NCBI RefSeq assembly: GCF_009914755.1 | Contig: NC_060933.1 | Length of the DNA: 64,000 nt | From: the human T2T-CHM13v2.0 reference genome, Homo sapiens | Direction: 5' to 3' (one strand) | Shown here: piece after piece, positions 18,090-36,167 of the stretch | Layout of the letters: every line of letters starts with the position of its first letter | Numbering within the stretch: position 1 is the stretch's first letter | Made by a program: the position numbers and the translations under genes | The notes under the pieces: model-generated | The model's database searches: none | Told to the model about the DNA's origin: nothing | Seen by the model: only the letters and a program-made list of their open reading frames with translations

Positions 18090-20980
18090 GTAGACCCTGA
18101 CCCTGCAACCCGCCCCCCAGGAGGCTGTGTGTGCTTGCTGAGGGGTGCTTGCTGGCTCTCCCAGCTCCTCTCCCTTTCAGGGTGCCCGGCTGTCTGTCTG
18201 CCGCTCTGCTGTGCGCCCCCGGCTGCCTCACTGTGTCTTTCTCTTCAGCCCCATCCCAGCTTCCTTCCCAGACAGAGGGATGTGGCCACCATGATGTCTC
18301 ACTGGCCTCTTGTCCCCACAACCTGAGCTGCCCCCTTTGAGAGCCCCCTGGAGGCTCAGGAAGACAGAACTAGACCCTCCTCCCTGCCTTTTCTCCCTCC
18401 CTTCCTTTCCTAGGAATGAGGGGACAGACCACTTGTTTGACAGAGATTGTTTTTGTTCTGGGCTCAGAACAAAGCCCTAAGCCCCTGGTATGGATGGAGC
18501 TGTCCAGCCCTCTGGGTCTGGCCCTGGGGGCAGGTGGGGCCTGCAGGGCCTCTGGTGCTTCTGTACAACCCCCTCCCCAGCTCAGCAAGTGCAGAGGCTC
18601 TCTGGGCCCAGGCTGCAGTCTCCAGGGACTTTCTAGGCTCCATGGTGGGGAAGAGGCACTGTGGCACTGAGAAGGAAAGGGGTGCTGGGGAGAGGCATCT
18701 TGCTATTATTCCTGGGGCCTCAGAGGGCTGCTGGAGGATGGGGATGGCCTCGGGGCCCAGGAGTCATGGGATGCTGAGTTGCCAAGAAGGGGGTAAATCG
18801 AGGGATGCCTCCAGGCCTCCCTCCTGGGTGGGCAAGCAGATCACATGGCCCAGCCCTAAAACTGTTCCATCTGCCCAGCTGTCCCCAGTCCCACCTCATA
18901 CCCTCCATGTGTAAGCACCTTCGTTCCCCCAGCACCCACCCACCTACTCAAGAGCCCTCCTGAGGCCCCCACTGCTCTCCGGCAAACGGCCTGTGGTTCA
19001 GCCAACACGTGCCTAGAGCTTTTCTGATCCTCCCTGAGGAAGACTTTCCTGAGTCTGTCTGAGGAAGCTTCCTGCCAGAGCTTTCCTCTCTGGTGCTGTG
19101 GACAGCTGTTGTCCACACTGGCTCTGTGCCCTGACTCTAGGTCTTTGTCACCCGACTCAGTGCAGCCTGTGGGAGCCAAGTGGCTCCTCCAAGCCATCCT
19201 CAGCCCCTGCCCTGCCCCTGCATTGTGCCTGCCTGGGGGTTCTGCATGCAAGGCTGTAGCTTTGTCCCCAAGAAGGAGAGCTCTGTCCACACTTGGCGCC
19301 GGGGCAAGCAGGCAGGGCCATGATGGAGCAGCCTTTGGAGCCCCACCCAGCTGTGCTGGCTGACTCCAAGGTTCTGGGCATGGAGAGACCAAGGGAGGCC
19401 TCAGGGTGGGGGCAGAAGGGCCAGATGAGCTGAGGAGGGTCCAGGAGATGCCCAGAGCACTGCACCTTGGAGGGCCCAGGGCAGAGACACCTGTTTGTTT
19501 GCCCTGGCCTTGCCTCTTGGCTTCTTCCTGAGATTCTTGGCCCTTTGGGGCCTGGAGTGGGCTGATGGCACCCCTGGGGAGGGCAGCCCTCCAGTGCCCT
19601 GGGCGGAGCTCTTCCTTCTTGTAAATCACCTGCCTGCTCTGCCCTCACTGCTATCCCCAACGCCCCCCAACGCCTGCCCTGTGGGAGAGGAATTCCTTGG
19701 CCTCTCACACCGCCATTCATGCTGGTCTGCAGGGATGCCATTCTCCGGGAAGCCGTTTACTCCTGTTGTGCTGCACACACATGCTGTGCAAAGCCCTGGG
19801 ACTAGGACTGGACGTGGCAAGTGGGGCTTTGCCAGCATTCGGGGCCAGAGTCAGGCTCATGTCTCCAGCCCGGCTTGCATCCACACCCCACTAGCTATTA
19901 GGCTGAGGACTCTGGATTTGGGGCCATGATGCTAGGGGCAGGGCTGTATGGCCCTCCCTAGAGAAGAGGCTGCCCTGCCACAGGTTGCAGGCTTGGGCAA
20001 GGACAGGCAGACCCTGGGGAGGAGCTCCTGTCTCTAGCTGGACAGTGCTCCTGGGGCTCCACTTGGCCAGCTCCTTGCTCCCCACGCTCAAAATATTCCA
20101 GGCACACTTGAGATGCATTTCCTCCTTGGGGCCTCTTCAGTTCTTAGAGCCTGGGTCTCTGGGCAGCACTGGCTGGGGCCAGAGGACTGTGGTGCAGACA
20201 CGAGCTCGTCTCCAGCTGTTCTGTCCCTGAAAACTGGCAACAGGCTGTCCACCTGAGAGGGAGACGGAGCAGAGCTGCAGGACACTGCCCCAGCCCACTC
20301 TGAAGTGTAGCAGCCTCAGCCTGCAGCCCTGGGAAGTCCCATCTGTTCCTGTCCTTCCAGCAGCAGGAGCTGCCTTGCGCAGAGATGGGCTCTGCCTTTT
20401 AGTGACATCGAGCATCTCTCCCAGGCCTCATGCTGGGTGGTGAGAGGCAGAAGCCTCACTGGACCTGAGCTAAAACCAGGATGTCACCTGTAGGGGCCCC
20501 CACTGGGAGCTGGGCCCCAGAGAGGCACCCTGGACCACCTACTCCTTGTCCAGATGATCGAAGTGGTGGGAGGAGAAGATGGGGGTGGGCAGAGCAATGA
20601 GCACAGGGACCTCTTCTGTCTGTGGCTGCTGCTCCTCCTCCCCAGCCAAGGCTACACTCCTACATTCAGCCACAGGCAGGGGTCCCTCAGGGTGAGGAGG
20701 TGGCTGTGCTTTCAGAGGGATCAAGGCTCCAGTCTTTACCTGGAGTTCTACTTTTCTGCAGCCAGGAGGGTCCTCAGCTAGATTTGTGGGGCGGGGAGTC
20801 CAGGGGAGAGTGTGAATGCTGGCAAAACTCCCACCCGCCCCACCTCACTCAGGCCTAGGCACCTGCAGGCACCACCACTGGGATGCCCAGCCCAGCATCC
20901 AGGGACCCCATCATTGCGTAGTCTTGGGGTGGGGGGTGACCCCAGCAGGCCTGGCCCTGACCGGCCCTGCTTGTCCCTAG

Positions 20981-21089
20981 CGCCTGGTTCGCATGAACAT
21001 GCCCATCTCCAACGAGGACATGACTGTTCACTTCACGTCCACGCTGATGGCCCTCATCCGGACGGCACTGGAGATCAAGCTGGCCCCAG
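20981..21089 (+). CDS. CACNA1B: CACNA1B exon 38
   Basis: ccctag|CGC...CCAG|gtgagc; 109 nt; RLVRMNMPISNEDMTVHFTSTLMALIRTALEIKLAP. Confidence 0.97.
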
Positions 21090-21769
21090 GTGAGCAAGGC
21101 AGCCTCGGAAGGAGGGCCCTGGACCCAGGGATGTGCACCTCCGCCCTCAGTGTCAGCCCCAGGAGGACACGCAGGGAGGAGGGTGAGGGGCCAGCTGTGT
21201 CTGGAGGGGTCTGAGGACAGCTGCACAGGATACCCACCCTGGGGCACTGGCTTTTTCGCCTGGTAACCGTCTGCACATTAGCACTGCAATGATCCCATTT
21301 TCAGGTAAGGAAACTGAGGCATGGTGAGATTTCATAAATTGCCCAGGTAATTCAGAGCCAGCTGGTGGTGGAACCAGGACACAGCCTGGTCAAGCCTCAC
21401 CACAGCCAGCGCCCTCCCTGGGGACGAGCCTGCATGCCCTTGGCCCCCTCCCATAGTGAGCCCATCCGGTCTTTCCCTGATCTGATGGACAGTACCACAG
21501 AGCGATGCCAAAGCAAGGAGAGAAGGAGCCTGTAGTGTGTTCTTCCCCACGTCCACCTTCCCCACCACAGAGGAGATTACAGCCCCAGAGGGCCCTGCCC
21601 CAGCCCCACCCCCCTGCGTCTGCCCCATCTCCTGCTTTGTGTGCCAAGCCTCACTTACGTCTCCCCAAGGGTGCCGTAGTGGCAATGCCATACTGTTTCT
21701 TGCCCTGTCTACTGGGTTATTTGTGTCAGCATATAAACACCCGATTATTTCCTCCATCTTCAAAAAGTT

Positions 21770-26950
<5,181 letters not shown>

Positions 26951-27682
26951 AAAGGTGAATCCAATTATTTTATTCCTCTGCTCAAAACCCTCCACTGCCT
27001 TCCCTAACCCTCCTGCCCACCCCTCCATCCACCCTGCCCCGAGGCCTCCCTGGCCCTTCGGGTGACACAGCAGGGCCAGTGTACTCGGGGGCTCCTTTTA
27101 CCTTCAGGGCACACAGGCCTCCTCGGGAGACTGATGGCCGTCCTGTCCACAGCCGCAGCCCTGCTGATATTCCCCTTCCCCGCTCTGCTCTCCTTGCCTT
27201 GGCACTTTGCACTCTCCGGTACACTTTTTTTTTTTTTTACTTATTACTGCTTTATTGGTAGACTAAAGCGTTGTCAACTCCAGAAGGGAAGTTTTTGAGA
27301 GTTTTTTGGTAAATATTGTTGAATGAATAGATGAATGCCTGGAGTGCTGCCATCTTCCTCCTAAATCCTCATTGCCCGTCCCATGCACACACGAACGTGC
27401 AGTGCACATGCATGCACACACGTCGGACACACACGTGTGCACATGAGGTGGTTGCCCTGCTCACCTGCCTCCTCCTCTGGGCAGACTCGCAGCAGGGAGG
27501 GCTGTGAGCAGCTTCTGCATCAGCGTTTGTTCCCACTGCACCCTCCTTCCAGCACCGTCTGTACCCCATCTCCGCCTACACCATTCATCTCCCCACCTGC
27601 ACCAGCTCTGCCCCATTGGCGGCTGCAGGGCTGCTCCTAACATCTCTGTCTTTTCCCCTTCCCCACCATCATCCTGGTGCAG

Positions 27683-27790
27683 CTGGGACAAAGCAGCATC
27701 AGTGTGACGCGGAGTTGAGGAAGGAGATTTCCGTTGTGTGGGCCAATCTGCCCCAGAAGACTTTGGACTTGCTGGTACCACCCCATAAGC
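27683..27790 (+). CDS. CACNA1B: CACNA1B exon 39 (pre-IQ)
   Basis: gtgcag|CT...AAGC|gtaagt; 108 nt; (A)[35 protein letters not shown]. Confidence 0.96.
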
Positions 27791-28066
27791 GTAAGTGTGA
27801 GGGTGAGAAATGCCCCCAGCCCCCACCTTTACTGTCCCACCCAGAGTGGCTGGAGGGCTGTGGAGGTGAGGGTGAGGGATGAAGGGCAGGCCACCTTGGA
27901 GAGGTGGGCTCACCTCCTCATGAATCTGCCCTCAGCTCCAACCAAGAGAGCCCTGGGTGGCAGAGGAGCTGCAGAGATGAGCGTGGGTTTGTTGTGTTGA
28001 GCTCCTGGTGTGTGGAATTTATTTTTTTTAAATCCAGAGGAAAGGCAAGAGGGGATCCCACAGGGA

Positions 28067-29348
28067 TGTGAGGGAGTGCGGTGAGATGCCCAACTCCATC
28101 TTGTGAGAGACGTGAGGGAGCGCGGGGAGGTGCCCAACTCCATCTTGTGAGAGACGTGAGGGAGCGTGGGGAGGTGCCCAACTTCATCTTGCGGGAGACG
28201 TGAGGGAGCACAGGGAAGTGCCCAACTCCATCTTGGAGAGGTGAGGGAGCACGGGGAGGTGCCCAACTGCATCTCGTGGGAGACGTGAGGGAGCGCAGAG
28301 AGGTGCCCAACTCCTTCTTGTGAGAGACGTGAGGGAGCACGGGGAGGTGCCCAACTCCATCTTGGAGACGTGAGGGAGCACGGGGAGGTGCCCAACTCCA
28401 TCTTGTGGGAGACGTGAGGGAGCACGGGGAGGTGCCCAACTCCATCTTATGGGAACGTGAGGGAGCGCGGGGACGTGCACACCTCCTTCTTTTGAGAGGC
28501 ATGAGGGAGTTCGGGGAGGTGCCCAACTCCACTGGGAGGTGCCCAACTCCATCTTATGGGATACATGAGGGAGCACAATGAGGTGCCCAACTCCATCTTG
28601 TGGGAGACGTGAGGGAGCACGAGGAGGTGCCCAACTCCAACTTGTGAGAGACGTGAGGGAGCACGGGGAGGTGCCCAACTCCATCTTATGGGATACGTGA
28701 GGGAACACAATGAGGTGCCCAACTCCATCTTGTGGGAGACGTGAGGGAGCGCGAGGAGGTGCCCAACTCCATCTTGTGGGAGACGTGAGGGAGCGCAGGA
28801 AGGTGCCCAACTCCTCCTTGTGGGAGATGTGAGGGAGCGCAGGAAGGTGCCCAACTGCATCTTGCGGGAGACGTGAGGGAGTGCCGGGAGGTGCCCAACT
28901 CCATCTTGTGGGAGACGTGAGGGAGCGCAGGAAGGTGCCCAACTCCTCCTTGTGGGAGACGTGAGGGAGCGCAGGAAGGTGCCCAACTGCATCTTGCGGG
29001 AGACGTGAGGGAGTGCCGGGAGGTGCCCAACTCCTCCTTGTGGGAGACGTGAGGGAGCGCAGGAAGGTGCCCAACTCCATCTTGTGGGAGACGTGAGGGA
29101 GCGCCGGGAGGTGCCCAACTCCATCTTGTGGGAGACGTGAGGGAGTGCCGGGAGGTGCCCAACTCCACCTTGTGGGAGACGTGAGGGAGCGCAGGAAGGT
29201 GCCCAACTCCATCTTGTGGGAGACGTGAGGGAGCGCCGGGAGGTGCCCAACTCCTCCTTGTGGGAGACGTGAGGGAGCGCAGGAAGGTGCCCAACTCCTC
29301 CTTGTGGGAGACGTGAGGGAGCGCAGGAAGGTGCCCAACTCCATCTTG
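28067..29348. repeat. 44-bp VNTR in CACNA1B intron 39 (~29 copies)
   Basis: Unit GTGAGGGAGCGCAGGAAGGTGCCCAACTCCATCTTGTGGGAGAC with variants. Confidence 0.95.
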
Positions 29349-29662
29349 CTTTCTGGGGAGGAGACACAGGAAGGGCCCTGCATTAAGCAGGTGGGGATGG
29401 CCTCAGCCCGGTCTTGAGAGGCCTCAGGAGGAGTCAGGGCAGTCAGGAGGGCCAGGTCAGCATCTGGAGGAGCCCTAGGTAGGCCAAACTCCTGGTGGCC
29501 GAGCCCCATGTTCTGCCTGAGAGCCCTCTGTCCCAGTGCATTTCCAGGAGTCTTTGTGGGGGGCGAGGGAGGGGCGGCTGTTTCCTCACCTTACTTCCAT
29601 ACCTTGTTTCCGTGGATCCTCTGCCCCCTTCTCCGAATCTCAACTCCTGTGTTCTTTTCCAG

Positions 29663-29775
29663 CTGATGAGATGACAGTGGGGAAGGTTTATGCAGCTCTG
29701 ATGATATTTGACTTCTACAAGCAGAACAAAACCACCAGAGACCAGATGCAGCAGGCTCCTGGAGGCCTCTCCCAG
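29663..29775 (+). CDS. CACNA1B: CACNA1B exon 40 (IQ-like calmodulin-binding domain)
   Basis: ttccag|CT...CAG|gtagct; 113 nt; (P)DEMTVGKVYAALMIFDFYKQNKTTRDQMQQAPGGLSQ. Confidence 0.96.
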
Positions 29776-30836
29776 GTAGCTGGCGGCCCTCAGTTTTCCA
29801 GGAAAACTGTGATGCCTCCGAGGCTCTGGCATCCTTCGGGGGGTTGACGACGGGGGAGATGCACACCATTCTTGGAAAAAGTATCTCAGAAGGAAGATGA
29901 AAGATTCTTGCAGCTACCTCTCTGGCCCCCAGAGTCAGAAACTACACACAGCCTTTATGCTTTCCATGAGCTGGCGGTACTGGGCAGCTCCTGACATAGA
30001 AAGTCAGCACTCAGGGCCAGAAGTTGAGGGCTGGGCTGGGCAGTGTCATGGTTGTTATGGGGTGGAAGAGAAGAAGATGTGAAGACCATTTGAGGAGGAT
30101 TGTTTGGAGAGGTGAAAGGAGAACTGTTTTCCCTTCACACAGAGAGCAAAGAAATTCAGATAGGTACAGGATCATTGTCTGTTCTGCTCTTGCCTTTGAC
30201 TGAGATGATTTGGGGACCCATCTTCCCGATGTCGTCCTTCCCACACAGCCGTGTCTTCGGTGACCATATGTAGTCTGTCTGCTGGAAAATTGTCTAGATG
30301 TCCAGGGCTTCTGGGGACATTGACCTAGTCCTCAGATGGAGAATATGTGGTGCTCAGGCCACACCTTCCATTCTCACACCTGGGGTAGACATCACTAATC
30401 CATGCAGCAGTCTTCCCCAGCCCTGAAATCTCGGAATTTTGCTCAGCCCAACCCTAACCCTAACTCCTACCAGCCAATTCAAGGTGATGATTAGATGGAA
30501 TATTGTTGCCACCTGTAATCTGGTCCAATCCCCTAGTTGTGTAGACAGGGAAACTGAGGTTTTGAGAGGTGACATGGCTTTCCTGAAGTCACTGACAGGC
30601 AAGGTTTTGAGGAGATGCTGTAAGGGTCCCCTGGCTTGCTTCACTGTTTTGGTCACATGCTCATATTTAGGGACATATCAGGGAAAGTAAGCGGCCCCTT
30701 GCTAAGGGGAAAGAGCCCTTAGGCTGGGCTTGAACATGACCTGGCTTTTGCCCCATGCCACATGGTCAGAGCAGGTCACAGAGGCCACATTGCAGGCCCA
30801 TTGGAGCTCTTTCCCTTCCCTTTGCCTCCTTTGCAG

Positions 30837-30964
30837 ATGGGTCCTGTGTCCCTGTTCCACCCTCTGAAGGCCACCCTGGAGCAGACACAGCCGGCTGTGC
30901 TCCGAGGAGCCCGGGTTTTCCTTCGACAGAAGAGTTCCACCTCCCTCAGCAATGGCGGGGCCAT
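30837..30964 (+). CDS. CACNA1B: CACNA1B exon 41
   Basis: ttgcag|ATG...GCCAT|gtgagt; 128 nt; MGPVSLFHPLKATLEQTQPAVLRGARVFLRQKSSTSLSNGGA(I). Confidence 0.95.
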
Positions 30965-33231
30965 GTGAGTATCCAGATGCAGGACATAGCTGGACAGGAG
31001 GAGGTCCAAAGACAGTAAAGGGGGAAGCAGACATCCCATTTCCTCAACCTCCCTGGCCCTCACTTCCACTGGCCTCTGGGTTCACCAGCTTGGAGGCACC
31101 TGAGGGGCGTGTCTGCCATCCGACCCTGCACTTGGGCCCTTAGCAACCCTCCAAGGACAGAGAGCCCCTAGGCCACATCTCAGTTCTCAGGGGCTGGCTT
31201 TGCTACAGATGCTTGTTGTACTTGCTGCCTGAGAGCAGTCAAGGGCTCTTCCTTTGCTGGGTTTCTGTGGCAGACTTTAAAATCGTTTCATGTGACATTA
31301 GACAGGTGCTTCATCGAACCCGCCTTCCTAACAGCACTTAGACCACCACGTCCCATTCCCAACACACGCACCTGCTTCCCTTTCAGACAAGAGGCCCCTG
31401 CCCCTGCTCCTCATCGGCCCTCCGTGCCAGCAGACGCTGAGATTCCACCTCCATCTCCCACCCCTTTCTGTCAGTGGCCTTCTACTGCTCTGATCTTTCT
31501 AACCCCGTAAGGCACTTTTCCTCTCAGATCTCCACTTTGGTACTGATTTCTGAAGCTGTTATATTTTGTAAAGAAATTGGTAAGGTTCTTTTGTATCACT
31601 TAACTCTTGCCACAATATTTCCGGGTAACAAATCACCCAGAAGCAGGTGACTTACAAGAACCATCACTTTTTCCCACTGTGGCCCAGAAAAGTGTGCTCC
31701 CAAATCTCAGGACCCAGATCCTGGGGGCTGACTCCCGAGCCGCTGGCAGCCCCCCATTCCCACACTGCTTTCAGCATGCTGTTGAAAACCTTCCTTGCAT
31801 TTAAAGTCCTGATTCTGACTGTATGTGCAGGTGGGAGGAGATAGTGAGGTGTCTGGGGTTTATCTAAGCCAGGCTTTCAGCAGGAAATTGAGCTTCTGTT
31901 ATTTCTGTGATGGTAGTTTCTACCTAAATCAATTACAACTCCAAGTCAGAGAGCACCCACTCAGACTGGGTCTGGTGAGGGTATTTATTGAGCCATTTAG
32001 TGAGCGGGTTGAGCACACCTCTGGCCTTGGACGTGGTGTTATTTCAGGGTTAGCGGTGCATTAGGAGCCAGCTCCGGTTCTCCTAACCACCCCTCCTCTC
32101 AGCACCAGCCTGCCACTGCGGCCGCTCTGTGCCTGGTGCCAGCAGGGGCTGCAGTGCCCCAGACAGCATGGAAGGAGAGCTGCTTGCAACTCTCAGAAGA
32201 CAAAGGATGGGGCTTCTCAGAAGCCCCAGCAACCACCAGTGTGTCCTTCTGCCATCTCTGCGTCCACTGCTGTGGTCAGGGTGTGGTCCATTTAGACTAT
32301 CAGGCTCCAGTCTGAGCTCAGAGTGATCAGTGCCACTCAACCTGCATGACTAAGAATGTAGTCTTCAGTGTTTCACTGAATGTGAGAATGAGCACTCACC
32401 CGAACACATTCCATGCCAGTTGGGAGATAAGTGATGAGAAATACCAGTGCGGAAGTATCTCCGGGTGGGGCTGTTGGGGCAGGCGTATGGGGAGCATGTG
32501 TGGGGTGGCCTCCGCCAGAAGGCTGCACCCCAGCAGAGAGCCGAGGGATGGAAGGGCTCATTGTGGCTTGGGGTGGGGGGTCAGAGAAGTAAGGAGGAGC
32601 CACCGGCAAGGGACCCCTGAGGGAGGAAGCCCCTAGAGGAGGAAGCCCAAAGAGTCCCGGGCGAGGCCCCCTACCCCCCGTCCCAGCCCGTCCCCTCCAT
32701 GACAGCTTTGCCCTCATCTGTCCCAGCCTGTCCTCTCCATGACAGCTTCTCTTGCTGTCTGCTGGCATAGGCAGGACTTCTTCAGCTACTGTCCTAATGC
32801 AGGCTGTACACATGCGGCCCCACTCCTTCCCAGGATAGTCCTGTGTGGCAAGGACAACCCCTGCTCCCACTTCACAGATCAGCCTCTTGTCCAGAGGGGC
32901 GGGTGACGGACCCAGGCCCCCCTCAGACTTGAGCACTGTGGGCTGTAAGCTGGTGCTCTGCATCCTCTCTGCCACTCTGAATCCCTTCTTGCTCTGACCC
33001 TGTTTTGGATCCATGTCCTTTGATGAGGCTTTGCCTGGGTCCAGCGTGCACAGGCCACGTTGGGGCTCTTGTGCCCAAAGGAGGGCTCAATTCAGTCCAG
33101 AACAGGGTGGCCAAACCCCCTGACCTCTGCTGCATGTGTTGGAGACGCCTGGCAGGTTGAAGCACCAGGCTATTGGTAAGGCACCTGCAGTCTCTGACCC
33201 TACAGGAATCTGTTTGTCTTCTCTGCCACAG

Positions 33232-33367
33232 ACAAAACCAAGAGAGTGGCATCAAAGAGTCTGTCTCCTGGGGCACTCAAAGGACCCAGGATGCACCCCA
33301 TGAGGCCAGGCCACCCCTGGAGCGTGGCCACTCCACAGAGATCCCTGTGGGGCGGTCAGGAGCACTG
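33232..33367 (+). CDS. CACNA1B: CACNA1B exon 42
   Basis: ccacag|A...CTG|gtgagc; 136 nt; QNQESGIKESVSWGTQRTQDAPHEARPPLERGHSTEIPVGRSGAL; phases consistent with neighbours. Confidence 0.94.
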
Positions 33368-33387
33368 GTGAGCACTCCCGGGGGCTA

Positions 33388-33806
33388 GTGAGACTGGGTT
33401 GGGGGATGTGTGAACAGGGATGGGGGATGTTTGAGACTGGGGTGGGGGACGTGTGAACAGGGATGGGGGATTTTGAGACTGGGGTGGGGAACATGTGAGA
33501 CTTGGGTGGGGGACGTGTGAGACTGGGGTGGGGGATGTGTGAGACCAGGGTGGGGGACGTGTGAGACTGGGGTGGGGGATGTGTGAACAGGGATGGGGGG
33601 TGTGTGAGACTGGGATGGGGGATTTTGAGACTGGGGTGGGGGACGTGTGAGACTGGGGTGGGGAACATGTGAGACTAGGGTGGGGGACATGTGAGACTTG
33701 GGTGGGGGATGTGTGAGACCAGGGTGGGGGACGTGTGAGACTGGGGTGGGGGATATGTGAACAGGGATGGGGGGTGTGTGAGACTGGGGTGGGGGACGTG
33801 TGAACA
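33388..33806. repeat. 21-22-bp G-rich VNTR in CACNA1B intron 42 (~19 copies)
   Basis: Unit GAGACTGGGGTGGGGGACGTGT alternating with GAACAGGGATGGGGG variants. Confidence 0.93.
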
Positions 33807-33937
33807 GCAGTGGGAGTTAGGTGAGACTGAGATGGATTTGGGTGAGACCCCAGTGCCTCATGGAGTGAGTCCGGGGTGGGATCAGATGAGTCCGCGGTGC
33901 CTTGTGTGGTGGGACTAGGTGAGTGCTGTATCCACAG

Positions 33938-34054
33938 GCTGTGGACGTTCAGATGCAGAGCATAACCCGGAGGGGCCCTGATGGGGAGCCCCAGCCTGGG
34001 CTGGAGAGCCAGGGTCGAGCGGCCTCCATGCCCCGCCTTGCGGCCGAGACTCAG
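33938..34054 (+). CDS. CACNA1B: CACNA1B exon 43
   Basis: ccacag|GCT...CAG|gtaggt; 117 nt; AVDVQMQSITRRGPDGEPQPGLESQGRAASMPRLAAETQ (Cav2-conserved GRAASMPRL). Confidence 0.95.
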
Positions 34055-35450
34055 GTAGGTGGTCTGGGAGGGTCCAGGCCCTGGGCTGGGCAAGTGGGGG
34101 GTGGGGAAGTGGGGCTGTGGCTCTGGGCCTCCTGCAGGTGAGGAGAGCTGGGGTAGAGAGGCTGGGGTCCATGTGTGGAGCTCTTTGCTGAGGCAGGAGC
34201 AGGCACCCCGGGCAGTCCTGTCTGGGCGCCGACAGAGGTGCAGCCTGGACGCCTTCAGCCCCTGAGGCTTCTCCAGAGGGTGGGTCAGGTCCGGTAGAGG
34301 ACAGCTGTGCCTGTTCTCAGCCTCCTATTAGGGGCCATGGGGCATAGGGGCCCCCACTCTGGCTCAGCCACGTTCTGTTCCTCCTTTCCGGGGCTCTACT
34401 CCCTGAGACAACCCCCACTCTCATCCAGAAAATTTCACCGACACCTCAGTCCCCTCTCCCGCCCGTGGTTCTGCGGAGGACCCTCCCTGCTCATGGGCAG
34501 TCCCTGGACTACTTTTCTACCCAGCTCCTTGCTGGGCTCGCCTCTTTCTGGGACATGCACACTGGATTCAGGAAGAGGAAGCTCTGGCCCCATGTGTTTC
34601 CCGGGGGAGGCTCCTTCCACAAGGACACTGGGAGGATCGCCCCTCCGAGGCCAATCTGGGAACACTGTGCCCCGGCCTCCGAGGCCTCGGAGGAGCTGCA
34701 GGGCCTCACCTGCAACATGAGCCTGCTTCAGTTGGCCAAAAGTGACCGGAGCCCCCGTGCCAGCCCTGTCCCTCGGCCGACCTGGGCTGTGGAGCTGTGG
34801 ATCTGAACCTCGTCCGTGGCTCGTCTCCCATCCCACTGCTGTGGCCAGCAAACCCTTTTCCTCTCCTCACTGCCTCTCCTCCCTCTTAGGGTTTTCTCCT
34901 CTTCCCACCTGTCCTTCCTCTCTTGTCTCTTTCCCCGCCCAGTGGTACCCTCCTGGGTGCTGCCTGGTGGGTGGGTGCAGGCTGAGCCTCCCTGCAGCCT
35001 GTGCTGGGGCCTCCTCCTTCACACACGTGATGCATTGGCGGCTGTGGGTGAGTTTACCTGGGAGGGCCTACCCGTCCCAGGTGTCTTCACGGGTCCTGAT
35101 TCTGGCCGTGGAAGCAGCTCGGGAGCCAGTCCACCCCAGACGCACCAGGCAGAGTGATCCCATTGCAGCCAGCAGAGGCGTCTCTGGTTTCCACTCAGGG
35201 TTCTTCCAACCAAGCCAGCCACCTCTCTCTTCCTGGCACGACACATGGGATGGGGCGGGGACTCAGGCACTGTCTGCCCCCAGCCTGCCCTCCTGGGCTA
35301 CCATTTCAGGCCTGGGTCCTTCTGACTGTGAGACCAGGATGGGGGGCGTGTGGGCCTGCTGTCTGGCCTGCTCCACCACCCACTTCCATGCCTGCATTCC
35401 CGCTGACCCTGGTGCCTCCCCTAGGCCCACTCTCAGTCCTTTGCCCACAG

Positions 35451-35658
35451 CCCGTCACAGATGCCAGCCCCATGAAGCGCTCCATCTCCACGCTGGCCCA
35501 GCGGCCCCGTGGGACTCATCTTTGCAGCACCACCCCGGACCGCCCACCCCCTAGCCAGGCGTCGTCGCACCACCACCACCACCGCTGCCACCGCCGCAGG
35601 GACAGGAAGCAGAGGTCCCTGGAGAAGGGGCCCAGCCTGTCTGCCGATATGGATGGCG
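35451..35658 (+). CDS. CACNA1B: CACNA1B exon 44 (His tract)
   Basis: ccacag|CCC...GGCG|gtgcgt; 208 nt; PVTDASPMKRSISTLAQ...SHHHHHRCHRRRDRKQRSLEKGPSLSADMDG. Confidence 0.95.
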
Positions 35659-35916
35659 GTGCGTGCGGAGGGGCCCGGGGAGTCCTTCGGGGAGCTATGG
35701 CCCGAGTCAGGGGGTCCAAGCGGCCCATGGGGGACCCTCTTCCTTTGTGGGCCTCGTGACCCCATAACCAGCCAGAGCAGGGTGGGACTGAGGCCCAGGC
35801 CCTAACCCTCACCCTAGCCTCCCCTGGCACCACCTGAATTCTGTCCTGCTGGGCCCGGGGGTCAGGGGTCCCTGCCTTGGGCCTGGCCGTGCTAACTTCT
35901 TCTCTTCCCTGGCCAG

Positions 35917-36167
35917 CACCAAGCAGTGCTGTGGGGCCGGGGCTGCCCCCGGGAGAGGGGCCTACAGGCTGCCGGCGGGAACGAGAGCGCCGGCAGGAGC
36001 GGGGCCGGTCCCAGGAGCGGAGGCAGCCCTCATCCTCCTCCTCGGAGAAGCAGCGCTTCTACTCCTGCGACCGCTTTGGGGGCCGTGAGCCCCCGAAGCC
36101 CAAGCCCTCCCTCAGCAGCCACCCAACGTCGCCAACAGCTGGCCAGGAGCCGGGACCCCACCCACAG
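35917..36167 (+). CDS. CACNA1B: CACNA1B exon 45
   Basis: gctaac branch-like site, ggccag|CA...CAG|gtaaga; 251 nt; (A)PSSAVGPGLPPGEGPTGCRRERERRQERGRSQERRQPSSSSSEKQRFYSCDRFGG...PHPQ. Confidence 0.95.

Noticed and set aside
27910-29509. Long minus-strand ORFs (up to 441 aa)
   Set aside because: Produced by the stop-poor 44-bp VNTR; periodic peptides in several frames, no gene structure
30448-30466. CCCTAACCCTAA telomere-like hexamers (similar at ~35800)
   Set aside because: Only two units, opposite orientation, no TAR1 context; compatible with chance
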